Positions 47,707 to 56,654 of a stretch of 64,000 nucleotides of DNA are shown here, piece by piece. Source of the DNA: Patescibacteria group bacterium (GTDB lineage Bacteria > Patescibacteriota > Patescibacteriia > PEXW01); contig JBBTVB010000005.1 in NCBI GenBank assembly GCA_038063455.1, forward strand, positions 67,482-131,481, read 5' to 3'. The notes below the pieces were generated by a model. The model saw only the letters and a list, made by a program, of their open reading frames with translations, did no database searches and had not been told where the DNA came from. Each line of letters begins with the position of its first letter. The first letter of the stretch is position 1. A program made the position numbers and the translations under genes.

Positions 47707-48258
47707 ATGCGTAAGCACACCACCCTAGGCAAACACCGCTTCGTCTTCAAGGGCATCATCTACAATATTAGCCATTCGACGGCGACGCTGCCCGACGGCA
47801 GGAAAAAGACCTTTGAATTCTTGCACCGCGTCCCAACGGCCGTCGTGCTGGCTTTTGATGCCAAGCGCCGGATTATCCTGACCAAAGAGTACAAAGAACT
47901 AGCGCAAAAATTTATCTGGCACCTGGTCGTGGGCAAAGTGGAGGGCGGGCACACGCCCAAGCAGGCCGCGCAAAAAGAGCTGCAAGAAGAAGCCGGCTAC
48001 AAAGCGAAAAAGCTCAAGCTCTTCTACCGCTCACCCATGCACAAGGGCTGGCCGCTGTATGCGTTCATTGCCACCGGCCTGACCCCTTCGAAACTCCCTG
48101 GCGACCCGGGCGAGGATATTCGGCCCGTACCAATGAGCTTGGCAAAAGCGGAACAGCTGGCCTTCAACACAAAAATTGGCGACCCCGTCCTGGCCTACCT
48201 GGTAGCCAAGGCCGCGCACGTGGTGCGGACCCAGGGCTGGAAAGCTCTGCTATCCTAA
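47707..48258 (+). CDS. NUDIX hydrolase
   Basis: 183 aa. The Nudix box is GKVEGGHTPKQAAQKELQEEAGY. Confidence 0.75.
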   Translation: MRKHTTLGKHRFVFKGIIYNISHSTATLPDGRKKTFEFLHRVPTAVVLAFDAKRRIILTKEYKELAQKFIWHLVVGKVEGGHTPKQAAQKELQEEAGYKAKKLKLFYRSPMHKGWPLYAFIATGLTPSKLPGDPGEDIRPVPMSLAKAEQLAFNTKIGDPVLAYLVAKAAHVVRTQGWKALLS

Positions 48259-48262
48259 GCGC

Positions 48263-49096
48263 ATGCAACGTATTGATGGCCGACAACTCGCTGCCAGCAT
48301 GCGCGCCGAACTCAAGGCGCAGGTTGGCACAATGACCACAAAACCTGGGTTAGCTATTGTCCTTGTCGGCAATGACCCAGCGTCCCACACCTACGTCCGA
48401 TTGAAGCAACGCGCGGCCCAAGAAATTGGCTTGCACTTTGTGCGGTGTGACTTCCCTGCCGAAGCTAGCGAAGCTGACGTGCTGGCGCGCATTGCCGCGC
48501 TCAATGCTGACCCAAAGATCCATAGCATTATCGTCCAATTGCCCTTGCCTGCCCCGCTCAACGCCGACCGCATTGTGAATGCCATTGCCCCGGCCAAAGA
48601 TGCGGATGGCTTTCTCAAAGCGTCGCTCGAAAAATTTCGCACCGATGCAACGGCCCTGCCACCCGTGTTGTGCGAAGGCATCTGGCGGCTTATGACGAGC
48701 ACTGGGGAAGACTATGCGGGTAAACGCGCAGTGGTCCTGGCCAACTCCACCACCTTTGGCGAGCCCATGGCCCTACTGCTTACGCGGAAAAATCTGGATG
48801 TGCAGATTGCCTACCCCCCGTTCCACAACACCCACGCCCTCACGCAAGCCGCTGAAGTGGTAGTGATTGCTATTGGCCAACCGCGCTTTCTCAAAGCCGC
48901 CGATATCCAAAGCGGCGCAACCCTTATTGACGTGGGTTACACGCGCGTCGCGGATAAAGATGTGGGTGATGTAGACGCTACTGAAATGGCGAACCTTTCG
49001 GGCTGGCTCACGCCCGTGCCCGGCGGGGTGGGGCCGGTAACTGTGGCCATGTTACTCGAGCGAACCGTAACCATAGCAAGCTATGCCCAACGTTAA
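48263..49096 (+). CDS. folD: bifunctional methylenetetrahydrofolate dehydrogenase/cyclohydrolase
   Basis: 277 aa. ...PGLAIVLVGNDPASHTYVRLK..., ...IIVQLPLP..., ...TPVPGGVGPVTVAML... Confidence 0.92.
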   Translation: MQRIDGRQLAASMRAELKAQVGTMTTKPGLAIVLVGNDPASHTYVRLKQRAAQEIGLHFVRCDFPAEASEADVLARIAALNADPKIHSIIVQLPLPAPLNADRIVNAIAPAKDADGFLKASLEKFRTDATALPPVLCEGIWRLMTSTGEDYAGKRAVVLANSTTFGEPMALLLTRKNLDVQIAYPPFHNTHALTQAAEVVVIAIGQPRFLKAADIQSGATLIDVGYTRVADKDVGDVDATEMANLSGWLTPVPGGVGPVTVAMLLERTVTIASYAQR

Positions 49097-49616
49097 ACAG
49101 CGTATCCAATCGTACTTTCGGCACTGCCCGCACTGCGGGACGCGGTCAAAGTTCCAGCGCGTTCACGCCACGCGCGAGCTTGTGTGCCCAAAATGCGAGT
49201 ACACGTTCTGGATGAACTCCAAGCCGACCGTGTCGGCGCTCATCCTGCGCGATAATAAAGTGCTGCTTACCAAACGGGCTATTTCCCCTTTCAAAGGCCA
49301 GTGGGATATCCCGGGCGGTTTTCTAGACATGCATGAAACCCCGGTGGGTGGGTTGCAGCGCGAGATGCGCGAAGAGCTTGGCGTTCGGATAATGCAGCCA
49401 AGATTCCTGAGTGTGTACGTGGGCCTGTACCCCAGCATCCCACCCCAATCCACCCTAAACTTATACTACCTGGTCACTCGATTCACCGGCAAGCTCACAC
49501 CGCAGGATGACGTTGCCGCGTTTGCGTGGCACCCACTCAATCGCCTGCCCAAAAAACTTGCGTTTTCAAACAACCGCCAAGCGCTACAAGACCTGCAAAA
49601 ATTCCTGCGCGGTTAA
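49083..49616 (+). CDS. NUDIX hydrolase with N-terminal zinc ribbon
   Basis: 177 aa. CPHCG...CPKCE ribbon and the Nudix box GGFLDMHETPVGGLQREMREELGV. Overlaps folD by 14 nt. Confidence 0.75.
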   Translation: MPNVKQRIQSYFRHCPHCGTRSKFQRVHATRELVCPKCEYTFWMNSKPTVSALILRDNKVLLTKRAISPFKGQWDIPGGFLDMHETPVGGLQREMREELGVRIMQPRFLSVYVGLYPSIPPQSTLNLYYLVTRFTGKLTPQDDVAAFAWHPLNRLPKKLAFSNNRQALQDLQKFLRG

Positions 49617-50315
49617 CTACAGCTTCCCCGCGCCCAGCGGGTTGTAGCCGCCACGGACTTCCACGCCATCCGTAAACCCGTCGCCATCCGAGTCGGCCTT
49701 TTTCGGGTCCGTGCCCCGGCTGGTTTCCTCGACATCGCTTAACCCATCCTGGTCGGTATCCAGCACTGCGTTCGTATTCGCATTGCTATCTGCAAAAACC
49801 GAAGTGGTATTTACATTGGCCGCTTTGGTGTTGACCACCTGCAACGCATTGATTGTAGAGTTTTTTGCCTCTTGCCCAAAAATGAGGAAGGCAGCAGTGC
49901 CGCCACCGATGACCAAAAAACCAGCGACGCTTGCCAGAATAACCCCCCAACGCTTTTTGCTCCCCACCTCTGGCAATACCACTTGCTGCGTTTGGGCAAG
50001 TACATAGGCAACCTTGGCATCACTAGGTTTCGGCACAGTACGAATGGGTTTCAATGGCCCCCACTGCTTCTCGGTGGCTGCTGCAGGGGTGGTATTTGTG
50101 GGTGGCGGTGGGGTGCTGGATGGAGCTGTCGCCGCAAAAGCCATCGGTGCGGCCGGTGCAGGCCGTGATTGCTGCATCCAAGGCGCAGGCGGTGCAACTT
50201 TTGGCATGCTAGGCAGTGCCGGTGCCGCAAGAATATTCTGCGCGGGTGTCGCTGGGGGCGGTGGCAATGGCGAAACCGACGTACCAGTTTGTGGAGTACC
50301 CTCGTTCATGCACAA
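49617..50315 (-). CDS. Pro-rich membrane-anchored protein with C-terminal thrombospondin-type-3-like Ca-binding repeats
   Basis: 232 aa with one TM helix. The C-terminus is DTDQDGLSDVEE...DSDGDGFTDGVE. Confidence 0.55.
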   Translation of the reverse strand: MCMNEGTPQTGTSVSPLPPPPATPAQNILAAPALPSMPKVAPPAPWMQQSRPAPAAPMAFAATAPSSTPPPPTNTTPAAATEKQWGPLKPIRTVPKPSDAKVAYVLAQTQQVVLPEVGSKKRWGVILASVAGFLVIGGGTAAFLIFGQEAKNSTINALQVVNTKAANVNTTSVFADSNANTNAVLDTDQDGLSDVEETSRGTDPKKADSDGDGFTDGVEVRGGYNPLGAGKL

Positions 50316-50408
50316 AGTATACCCAGCCCCACTCTTTTTCGCAAAAAAAGTGAATCTGGGTATACCGTACTTTCCACTATCCTAGAAAATGTGTAGTATC
50401 ACCGCACT

Positions 50409-51500
50409 ATGGCATTACAAATTGGCATCGTCGGCCTTCCCAACGTGGGCAAGTCCACCCTCTTCCGCGCGCTTACCAAAAAACAGGTGCCCGCAGAGAA
50501 CTACCCGTTTACCACCATTGATCCCAATGTGGGTGTGGTTGAAGTACCAGACGACCGCCTGCCGCAGCTGGCTAAGGTGAGTGAATCCAAAAAAGTGGTG
50601 CCGGCCATTTGCGAATTTGTAGACATTGCCGGGCTGGTGCGCGACGCACACAAAGGCGAAGGCTTGGGTAACAAGTTCCTGGCCAATATTCGCGAGGTGG
50701 CAGCCATTGCCCATGTGGTCCGCGTATTTACCGATGCCGACGTTATCCACGTCGATAACCGCGTCGACCCGGTAAGCGATGTTGAGACCATTGAAACCGA
50801 ACTCGCCCTCGCCGACCTCGACACGGTGAAGAAGCGAGTAAGCGCGGTGGAAGGCAAAGTGAAAACCGGCGACAAAGCCGCGGTGGCCGAACTCCCCATC
50901 CTGCAACGCATTGAAAAGGCCTTGGCCAGCGGCACCCCTGCCCGTGCTGTTGCCACTGATGACGAGACCCGAGAAATCATTCGGACGTTAAGCCTGCTGT
51001 CTGGCAAGCCCGTGCTGTACGTGGCCAACGTTGACGAAAATGAATTGCAACGCGCTGGGGCTATCCAAACTGAATTGGCCGCCAAACTCAACCGCCGGGC
51101 CGAAGATATTGTAGTGGTGTCTGCAAAAATAGAGGCGGAACTCTCTGAACTGGCTGACGATGAGGCGGCCGCCTACCTTAAAGACTTGGGCTTAGCACAG
51201 CCCGGTCTGCACCGGCTTATCCGCCAAGCGTTTGCTACCCTTGGCCTACAGACCTTTTTTACCTCGGGCGAGATGGAATCCAAAGCCTGGACCATACCAG
51301 TTGGTGCACTCGCCCCGCAAGCCGCCGGGGTTATCCACACCGACTTTGAAAAGACGTTTATCCGCGCGGAAATTATGGACTGGAAAGACCTCGTCGCGTA
51401 CGGCGAGCCGGGCTGCAAAGAAAAAGGTTTGCTGCGAATTGAGGGTAAGGAGTACGTCATGCGGGATGGCGACGTGGCCCACTTCCGAGTGGGAGCATAA
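50409..51500 (+). CDS. ychF: redox-regulated ATPase YchF
   Basis: 363 aa. GIVGLPNVGKSTLF P-loop, a coiled-coil insertion and a C-terminal TGS-like domain. Confidence 0.93.
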   Translation: MALQIGIVGLPNVGKSTLFRALTKKQVPAENYPFTTIDPNVGVVEVPDDRLPQLAKVSESKKVVPAICEFVDIAGLVRDAHKGEGLGNKFLANIREVAAIAHVVRVFTDADVIHVDNRVDPVSDVETIETELALADLDTVKKRVSAVEGKVKTGDKAAVAELPILQRIEKALASGTPARAVATDDETREIIRTLSLLSGKPVLYVANVDENELQRAGAIQTELAAKLNRRAEDIVVVSAKIEAELSELADDEAAAYLKDLGLAQPGLHRLIRQAFATLGLQTFFTSGEMESKAWTIPVGALAPQAAGVIHTDFEKTFIRAEIMDWKDLVAYGEPGCKEKGLLRIEGKEYVMRDGDVAHFRVGA

Positions 51501-51534
51501 ACGCTAAACAACCTTTGAGTGCTATACTGAAGGT

Positions 51535-51827
51535 GAAACAAGACCTTTTACAATCCCACTCTCAAAAGCGAGGAGGACACTTTTTCGATTGCGGCCTACA
51601 CAATACCCAAGCTTGGCGATCATATATTGCCACACGGGGTAAAGCAGAACCTTAAACCAGCATGGTGGTAGACCCTGCACAAGGAGGACAACTTGAAAGT
51701 CAAACGTAGCTTCTCGAGAAAGGATGCAGGCCAAATACCTTCGACGATAGAGAGGGGGTGATCCACTCTACAGAAGGCTAAGCCCCTTCTAAACATACAC
51801 GCCGGTCCCCAGGGATCGGCGTTTTTT
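51535..51827 (+). ncRNA. candidate ~290-nt non-coding RNA (identity unknown)
   Basis: ORF-free 325-bp gap. Extended -10-like TGCTATACT at 51520-51528, several internal helices, and a strong hairpin (51800-51821) followed by T6. It could instead be a long ychF 3' UTR ending in a shared bidirectional terminator. Confidence 0.25.
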
Positions 51828-53058
51828 ATTTTTCCTTTTTTAGCAGGATAATCTCTCGACCCACCACTTGGTCGGGCCGGCTATACAGAATTGAACCACG
51901 CGGGGTAGAACGAAACCAGGACTGCTTGATCAACCAGGGTGGCGGCGCAATAACCGAGAAGCCTGCAGCTCCCACCGCGTTTTGCAATTGCAAGAAATAA
52001 CCGTGCTCTTCTACCCGAAAAAATGGCCACACCATAGCCACACGACCGCCGGTTCGTACCACCCCACCAAGCGCGCGCAACCAGGCTTCGTATTGCCGGC
52101 TAAGTGCAGAAACGAGCGGTAAAATCACGCGCCCGCGAGGCACGCCTCGCTGCGGCGGGCCCAGATAGGGTTCCGTAGCAATCACATCGACAGCTTCGGG
52201 GCCAAGTTCACGGGGTAAATCTTTTGCGTCGCGCTGCACTACATCCTGCATCTCCGGCTCCACGCCAAAATGTTTTGCCAGCCACGCCAAATTGTCGGTG
52301 GTGTCGGCCACTGCCTTGGGGCTAATGTCCGAACCGTGCACGTGGCTAATGCCGAGCAGTAAGGCTTCTTGTAAAATCGTTCCCGAACCGCAAAACGGAT
52401 CGAGTAGCCGGTCATTGGGTTTGGGCTGCGTCAGGTTGACCATGACTTGCGCCACCTTCGGCGGCAACATCCCAGATACGCTGTCGCGCGCAGGTCGGCC
52501 AAAATCCCGATCGCCGTATGCCGCAATGTCTTGGGTGTCAGCCGTACGGCCCCACACCAACCCGGTGGGAGTGGCAAGGAGCAGCACTTCGAAACCCTGG
52601 GTCAAAATTTTTCCTTGCACCAGCGCGCTGGCAGGCAGCGTCGGCTCTTTTGCAACCACTACCCGGGCCGAGCGGCCACTCGCGACCATAGCTTTCTTCA
52701 CCCGTTGCAGCACCACGCCCAAGTCACGACGCATGGTGCGGGTGGCGGGCATACCAGCGTCATACACGCTGCCACCAAAGGCAATGCGGGCGGTGCTGCC
52801 ATTCGGGACCAGCTCTGGCCAGCGGTGGACGAGCTCGTGCTCCAGGTCTGCCAGGCTGGCAACTTGCCCTTCCACCACCCCAACCTTCACCAACCCGCCG
52901 GCAAGCATTTGCAGGCGCTGGGGCTGCAACGTGGGGGGTACAATCGCTAATTCGCGCGTGAGCACCGAAAAAGGTTGATCCGAGAGCAATCGGCACAACT
53001 CCCAGGCCGAGAGGGTTGGCTCGCGGCCAAAAATAGCAATCAGGTCTCCAGGTTCCAT
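51826..53058 (-). CDS. SAM-dependent RNA/DNA methyltransferase (UPF0020/Trm11-like)
   Basis: 410 aa from ATG 53058. LLDPFCGSGTILQEA (SAM motif I) and ATEPYLGPP (motif IV). Confidence 0.7.
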   Translation of the reverse strand: MEPGDLIAIFGREPTLSAWELCRLLSDQPFSVLTRELAIVPPTLQPQRLQMLAGGLVKVGVVEGQVASLADLEHELVHRWPELVPNGSTARIAFGGSVYDAGMPATRTMRRDLGVVLQRVKKAMVASGRSARVVVAKEPTLPASALVQGKILTQGFEVLLLATPTGLVWGRTADTQDIAAYGDRDFGRPARDSVSGMLPPKVAQVMVNLTQPKPNDRLLDPFCGSGTILQEALLLGISHVHGSDISPKAVADTTDNLAWLAKHFGVEPEMQDVVQRDAKDLPRELGPEAVDVIATEPYLGPPQRGVPRGRVILPLVSALSRQYEAWLRALGGVVRTGGRVAMVWPFFRVEEHGYFLQLQNAVGAAGFSVIAPPPWLIKQSWFRSTPRGSILYSRPDQVVGREIILLKKEK

Positions 53059-53186
53059 ACGCGCAGTGTAGCAGGTCAATGCCCTCAAACCATACCGGCC
53101 TTCATGCCCTCACCGCCTGACCCCCTTTTCCTTGACACTAATACACCCTAGTGGTACGCTCCACGTACAATTTTTCGCCTTTTGTC

Positions 53187-53690
53187 ATGCCTACACAACA
53201 CTACGACATGCTCGCTCTGGTTGGTGGTGAACACTCCCCAGAAGCAGCCGCAGAGATCCTCGAATCCGTCCGCAGCCTCGTTACCCAAACCGGGGGCGAA
53301 GTGCTGCAAGCCAGCGTCATTGGCAAGAAGAAGCTGGCCTACGCCATCCAAAAGCAGAAATTCGGCACCTACCTGGGGCTGGATTTTAATCTGGACGGCG
53401 CCAAGGTAGCCGCCCTGGACCGCGAACTCCGCCTGCGCAACGATGTGCTGCGCTTCTTGAGCGTGAAGACCAAGCTCAAGACCGCCAAAGAATTGGAAGA
53501 AGAAGCGCGCATTCAAGAAAAAATCCAGGCTCGCAAATCTCGTGAAGAAACTTCAGCACGCCAAGAACGCGAAGCTGCCGAACGGGCCGAAGCCGCCACC
53601 GCCCCCGAGCGCAAGGCCGAAGCGCCGCTCTCGCTAGAAGACATCGACAAAAAAATCGACGAAATTCTTGACGAGGACATTGCCAAGTAA
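53187..53690 (+). CDS. rpsF: 30S ribosomal protein S6 with charged C-terminal extension
   Basis: 167 aa from ATG 53187. YDMLALV...GKKKLAYAI.K...G.Y. Located in the conserved rpsF-ssb-rpsR order. Confidence 0.85.
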   Translation: MPTQHYDMLALVGGEHSPEAAAEILESVRSLVTQTGGEVLQASVIGKKKLAYAIQKQKFGTYLGLDFNLDGAKVAALDRELRLRNDVLRFLSVKTKLKTAKELEEEARIQEKIQARKSREETSARQEREAAERAEAATAPERKAEAPLSLEDIDKKIDEILDEDIAK

Positions 53691-53717
53691 TTTTATTCGC
53701 CCACACAGAACACGCGT

Positions 53718-54143
53718 ATGATGAACCTCAACAAAGCCATGATTATTGGGAACGTCACCCGGGACCCGGACGTGCGTACCACCAGCGGCGGCCAGCAAGT
53801 TGCCCTCTTTAGCGTTGCCACCAACCGCTCCTGGACCGACCCGTCAGGCCAGAAAAAAGAGCAGGTAGAATTCCACAGCGTGGTCGCCTGGCGCAAACTC
53901 GCCGAAATTATCGGCCAGTACGTCAAGAAGGGTGGCAAAATTTTTGTGGAAGGCCGCTTGCAAACCCGCTCCTGGGACGACCCCAGCGGCGTGAAGAAGT
54001 ACCGCACCGAAATTGTGGCTGAGAACGTCATCATGCTCGACCGCAAGCCCGGCACCGCCGGCCCCATGGATAGCCCGACCGATGCCCCTGCTCCCACCGA
54101 ACCCACGGAACCCGAAGTGAACGTGGAAGATATCCCTTTCTAA
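53718..54143 (+). CDS. ssb: single-stranded DNA-binding protein
   Basis: 141 aa. NKAMIIGNVTRDPDVR...FHSVVAWRKLAE...GRLQTRSWDD and the acidic tip EDIPF. Confidence 0.92.
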   Translation: MMNLNKAMIIGNVTRDPDVRTTSGGQQVALFSVATNRSWTDPSGQKKEQVEFHSVVAWRKLAEIIGQYVKKGGKIFVEGRLQTRSWDDPSGVKKYRTEIVAENVIMLDRKPGTAGPMDSPTDAPAPTEPTEPEVNVEDIPF

Positions 54144-54147
54144 ACCT

Positions 54148-54396
54148 ATGCCTGCAATCCGCCAGCAACGCCAGAAAGCCACTCCGCAACCCACACCCAA
54201 GCACTGTGCGTTTTGCGTGCTGGGCTTAAAAGAAGTGGACTACAAAGAAGTCCGCGTCTACCAGAAGTACGTGTCGTCCTACTCCAAAATCCTGCCCCGC
54301 CGCCGCACCGGTCTGTGCATGCGCCACCAACGTATGACCGCCGAAGCAATCAAGCGCGCGCGGTTCATGGCCTTGGTTGGGTACGTACCAAAGTAG
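54148..54396 (+). CDS. rpsR: 30S ribosomal protein S18
   Basis: 82 aa. ...VDYKEVRVYQKYVSSYSKILPRRRTGLCMRHQR.... Confidence 0.9.
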   Translation: MPAIRQQRQKATPQPTPKHCAFCVLGLKEVDYKEVRVYQKYVSSYSKILPRRRTGLCMRHQRMTAEAIKRARFMALVGYVPK

Positions 54397-54559
54397 ATTG
54401 GTTATAGGGTAGAGGGTATAGAGGCTAGAAAAAAAACGTCAGGCGGCGGGATAAAAGCCGATAGATGTTTTTCCTCGGTACTAAATATTTCACAAACTCC
54501 TACCCTCTTCTTCCAACCCCCTACCAGCCTCTACACCCACCGACCTTCTTCCTCTAACT

Positions 54560-55132
54560 ATGCCGACAATGCTCACCATGAAAGAACTCCGCATCGGCGT
54601 GGCTATCACCCACGAAAACGAACCCTACGTGGTGTTGTGGTCGGACTTCATGCGCACGGCCATGCGCAAACCCGTGATGCGTACCAAACTTCGCAATCTT
54701 ATCTCGGGCCGCACCCTGGAGCTCACCTTCAAACCCGACGATAAAATCCAAGAAGCCAACCTGGAACGCAACAAAGCCAGCTACCTGTACCTGCAAAATG
54801 GCGAGTACTATTTCATGGACCAAGCCAGCTACGACCAGTTTTTCCTGACTGCCGACCAGCTCGGCGACCAAGCCAAATTTTTAAAAGAAGGTCTGGAGGT
54901 GCAAGTGCTAAATTACGACAGCAAGCCGGTGACTATCCAGATCCCCATGAAGATTGAGTACACCGTGGTGGAAGCGCCGGACGCAGTCAAAGGCGACACG
55001 GCTACCAACACGAACAAGACCATTAAGCTAGACAACGGCCTGGAAATTAAGGCGCCCATGTTTATTAAGCAGGGCGAGCGGATTTTGGTAAGCACCGAAA
55101 CCGGCGACTACAGCGCAAGGGCTGGGGAGTAG
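54560..55132 (+). CDS. efp: elongation factor P
   Basis: 190 aa with the three-domain EF-P pattern (...RTKLRNLISGRT..., ...YLY..G..Y.FMD..SYDQ..., ...VKGDTA....K...L..G..I..P.FI..G). The start is uncertain within the first 7 codons. Confidence 0.9.
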   Translation: MPTMLTMKELRIGVAITHENEPYVVLWSDFMRTAMRKPVMRTKLRNLISGRTLELTFKPDDKIQEANLERNKASYLYLQNGEYYFMDQASYDQFFLTADQLGDQAKFLKEGLEVQVLNYDSKPVTIQIPMKIEYTVVEAPDAVKGDTATNTNKTIKLDNGLEIKAPMFIKQGERILVSTETGDYSARAGE

Positions 55133-55139
55133 TTACGCC

Positions 55140-56135
55140 TCAGCGCCACAAGCCTACCTGCTGCACTACCTGCGCCTGCAGTTTTTGAGCATTCCCATGC
55201 GCTAGCAAACCCAGGTAGGACTGTACCGTGGCCTTTTCGGGGTGAGACGCCAGCCGCCGCAACATCCGCTGCTTGGTCGCGGTGCGCAGCACGCGGTGGT
55301 GGGGAAAATGCACCCAGCCCAAAAAATCCACGCCACTGGCCAGCGTCTGGATGCTCACTTTGCGCGGGTGCAGGTCCAAATGCAACTGCGTGTGAAGATA
55401 CTCCTGCATGGCAGGAATACACTGCCGCAAGAATGCTTGATCAGTAGAAAGGACGGCGAAATCATCGGCGTAGCGCAGGTAGTGCGCGGCCTTGAGGCGG
55501 TGCTTCACCAACTGGTCGAAGGGCGTCATGTACACGTTCACGAACAGCTGCGACGTCAGGTTGCCCAGCGGCAGACCGATGCCGGGCGACCAAGCGAAAC
55601 TCTGGATGACTTCCTGGAGCAAAGCCAGAATCCGCGCATCGGGAATCCGCTCAGCGAGCAGTTGCAGCAAGGTTGCATGGTGAATGCTGGCGAAAAACTT
55701 CCGGATATCACACTTGAGCACCCAACAGGTGCGGGTGCTGTTCCGGCTAACCTGGCGGCCAAACGTTTGGAACCGCTGCATGGCCCGGTGCGTCCCCTTG
55801 CCCAGCTGGCAAGAATAGGAATCGGCGATAAAGGTCCGGCTGAAAAACGGGTACAGGACGCGGTAGATGGCGTGGTGCACCAGCCGGTCCCGTACCATCG
55901 CCTTGTGAATGTCCCGCGGCTTCGGGTCGGCAATCCGAAAGTGCGTGTACGGCCCATGGCGGTATGCACCCGCAGCGAGTTCGCGGTGCAAACCTAAAAG
56001 ATTGTCCATGAGCCGATACCCAAAAGTTTGCACGTCGGGTTTGTTACGCTTGCCGGGTAAAAATTCTTGCCACGCCAAAAGCAAATTCTCGACTGACGTG
56101 ATATCCTCTAAAGTATGACGCAATTGGGCCTTCAT
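55140..56135 (-). CDS. DGR reverse transcriptase
   Basis: 331 aa. Motifs IADPKPRDIHKAMVRDRLVHHA, SYSCQLGKGTH, LPLGNLTSQLFVNVYM (DGR-type [I/L]GxxxSQ in motif 4, where group II introns have QGxxxSP) and YLRYADDFAVL. There is no maturase or endonuclease extension. It lies next to a TR/VR pair. Confidence 0.92.
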   Translation of the reverse strand: MKAQLRHTLEDITSVENLLLAWQEFLPGKRNKPDVQTFGYRLMDNLLGLHRELAAGAYRHGPYTHFRIADPKPRDIHKAMVRDRLVHHAIYRVLYPFFSRTFIADSYSCQLGKGTHRAMQRFQTFGRQVSRNSTRTCWVLKCDIRKFFASIHHATLLQLLAERIPDARILALLQEVIQSFAWSPGIGLPLGNLTSQLFVNVYMTPFDQLVKHRLKAAHYLRYADDFAVLSTDQAFLRQCIPAMQEYLHTQLHLDLHPRKVSIQTLASGVDFLGWVHFPHHRVLRTATKQRMLRRLASHPEKATVQSYLGLLAHGNAQKLQAQVVQQVGLWR

Positions 56136-56197
56136 ACATCCAGTAATTTTCCCCCCCCCCTTTCGGAGCGAACAACGATATTCCTATTGTACAGAAG

Positions 56198-56542
56198 TTG
56201 AGACAGGCCTACACGCTCTGGCACGCCACCCTGCAGCACTTCCCTCGTCTTTCGCGCTTCACACTTGGCGCGAAAATTGACGGCCTCTACTGCGATACCT
56301 TGGAACTTTCCCTGCTGGCTGGCTACGCCCAACGTGAACATAAAGCTGCGCTTGTAGACCGGGCAACGAGCAAACTTGATGCGCTCAAATTCTTCTTACA
56401 AGTCGCCTGGGAGTTGCGGGCGGTGGACACCAAAAAGTATAGTCGCTTGAGCGAGCCACTCCTGGAAGTGGGCAAGATGCTCGGCGGGTGGCGTAAACAA
56501 CTCCAACAAAAAAACCCACCCCGCTACGTTGGGGTGGATTAA
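56198..56542 (+). CDS. avd: Avd-like four-helix-bundle DGR accessory protein (start uncertain)
   Basis: 114 aa from TTG 56198. ...QKLRQAYTLWHATLQHFPRLSRFTLGAKIDGLYCDTLELSLLAGYA... and the C-terminal EVGKMLGGWRKQL match my recollection of the Avd / 23S-rRNA-IVS four-helix-bundle family. Divergent from the RT gene. Confidence 0.75.
   Translation: MRQAYTLWHATLQHFPRLSRFTLGAKIDGLYCDTLELSLLAGYAQREHKAALVDRATSKLDALKFFLQVAWELRAVDTKKYSRLSEPLLEVGKMLGGWRKQLQQKNPPRYVGVD
56505..56537 (-). terminator. intrinsic-terminator-like hairpin 17 nt 3' of TR1
   Basis: Minus-sense CCACCCC-AACGUAGC-GGGGUGG followed by GUUUUUUUGUUG. It overlaps the last codons of avd on the other strand. Confidence 0.6.
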
Positions 56543-56554
56543 GTACGTGAAGAG

Positions 56555-56654
56555 ACTTGCGGACGCCGGCAAACCACCAGTTGTCGTTCCACTTGTCGTT
56601 GTTACGGTTGACGTTCACGTTGCGCTCGTCATTCCACCGATTGAACGTGGCGAA
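56555..56654 (-). repeat. DGR template repeat TR1
   Basis: 100 bp matching VR1 with 17 mismatches, all at minus-strand adenines. It encodes FATFNRWNDERNVNVNRNNDKWNDNWWFAGVRK. Confidence 0.9.

Noticed and set aside
51501-51827. RNase P RNA, tmRNA or SRP RNA in the ychF-downstream gap
   Set aside because: There are superficial matches (GAGGAGGAC, UUGAAAGUC, ACAGAAGGCUAAG). However, the P4 strands do not pair, the CR-I-like and CR-V-like strings are only ~60 nt apart, and there are no tmRNA termini and no SRP GGAA-loop motif. The region is retained only as an unidentified candidate.
55140-56135. Could the RT be a group II intron or retron RT?
   Set aside because: It has no maturase (X) or endonuclease domain and no flanking intron RNA domains that I can see. 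Motif 4 has the DGR-type GxxxSQ signature. Adenine-specific TR/VR pairs lie next to it.
56385-56618. 77-aa ORF (MNVNRNNDKWNDNWWFAGVRKSL...) on the minus strand
   Set aside because: It is simply the reading frame running through TR1 and into the antisense of avd. The Asn-rich segment is the DGR template, not a gene.
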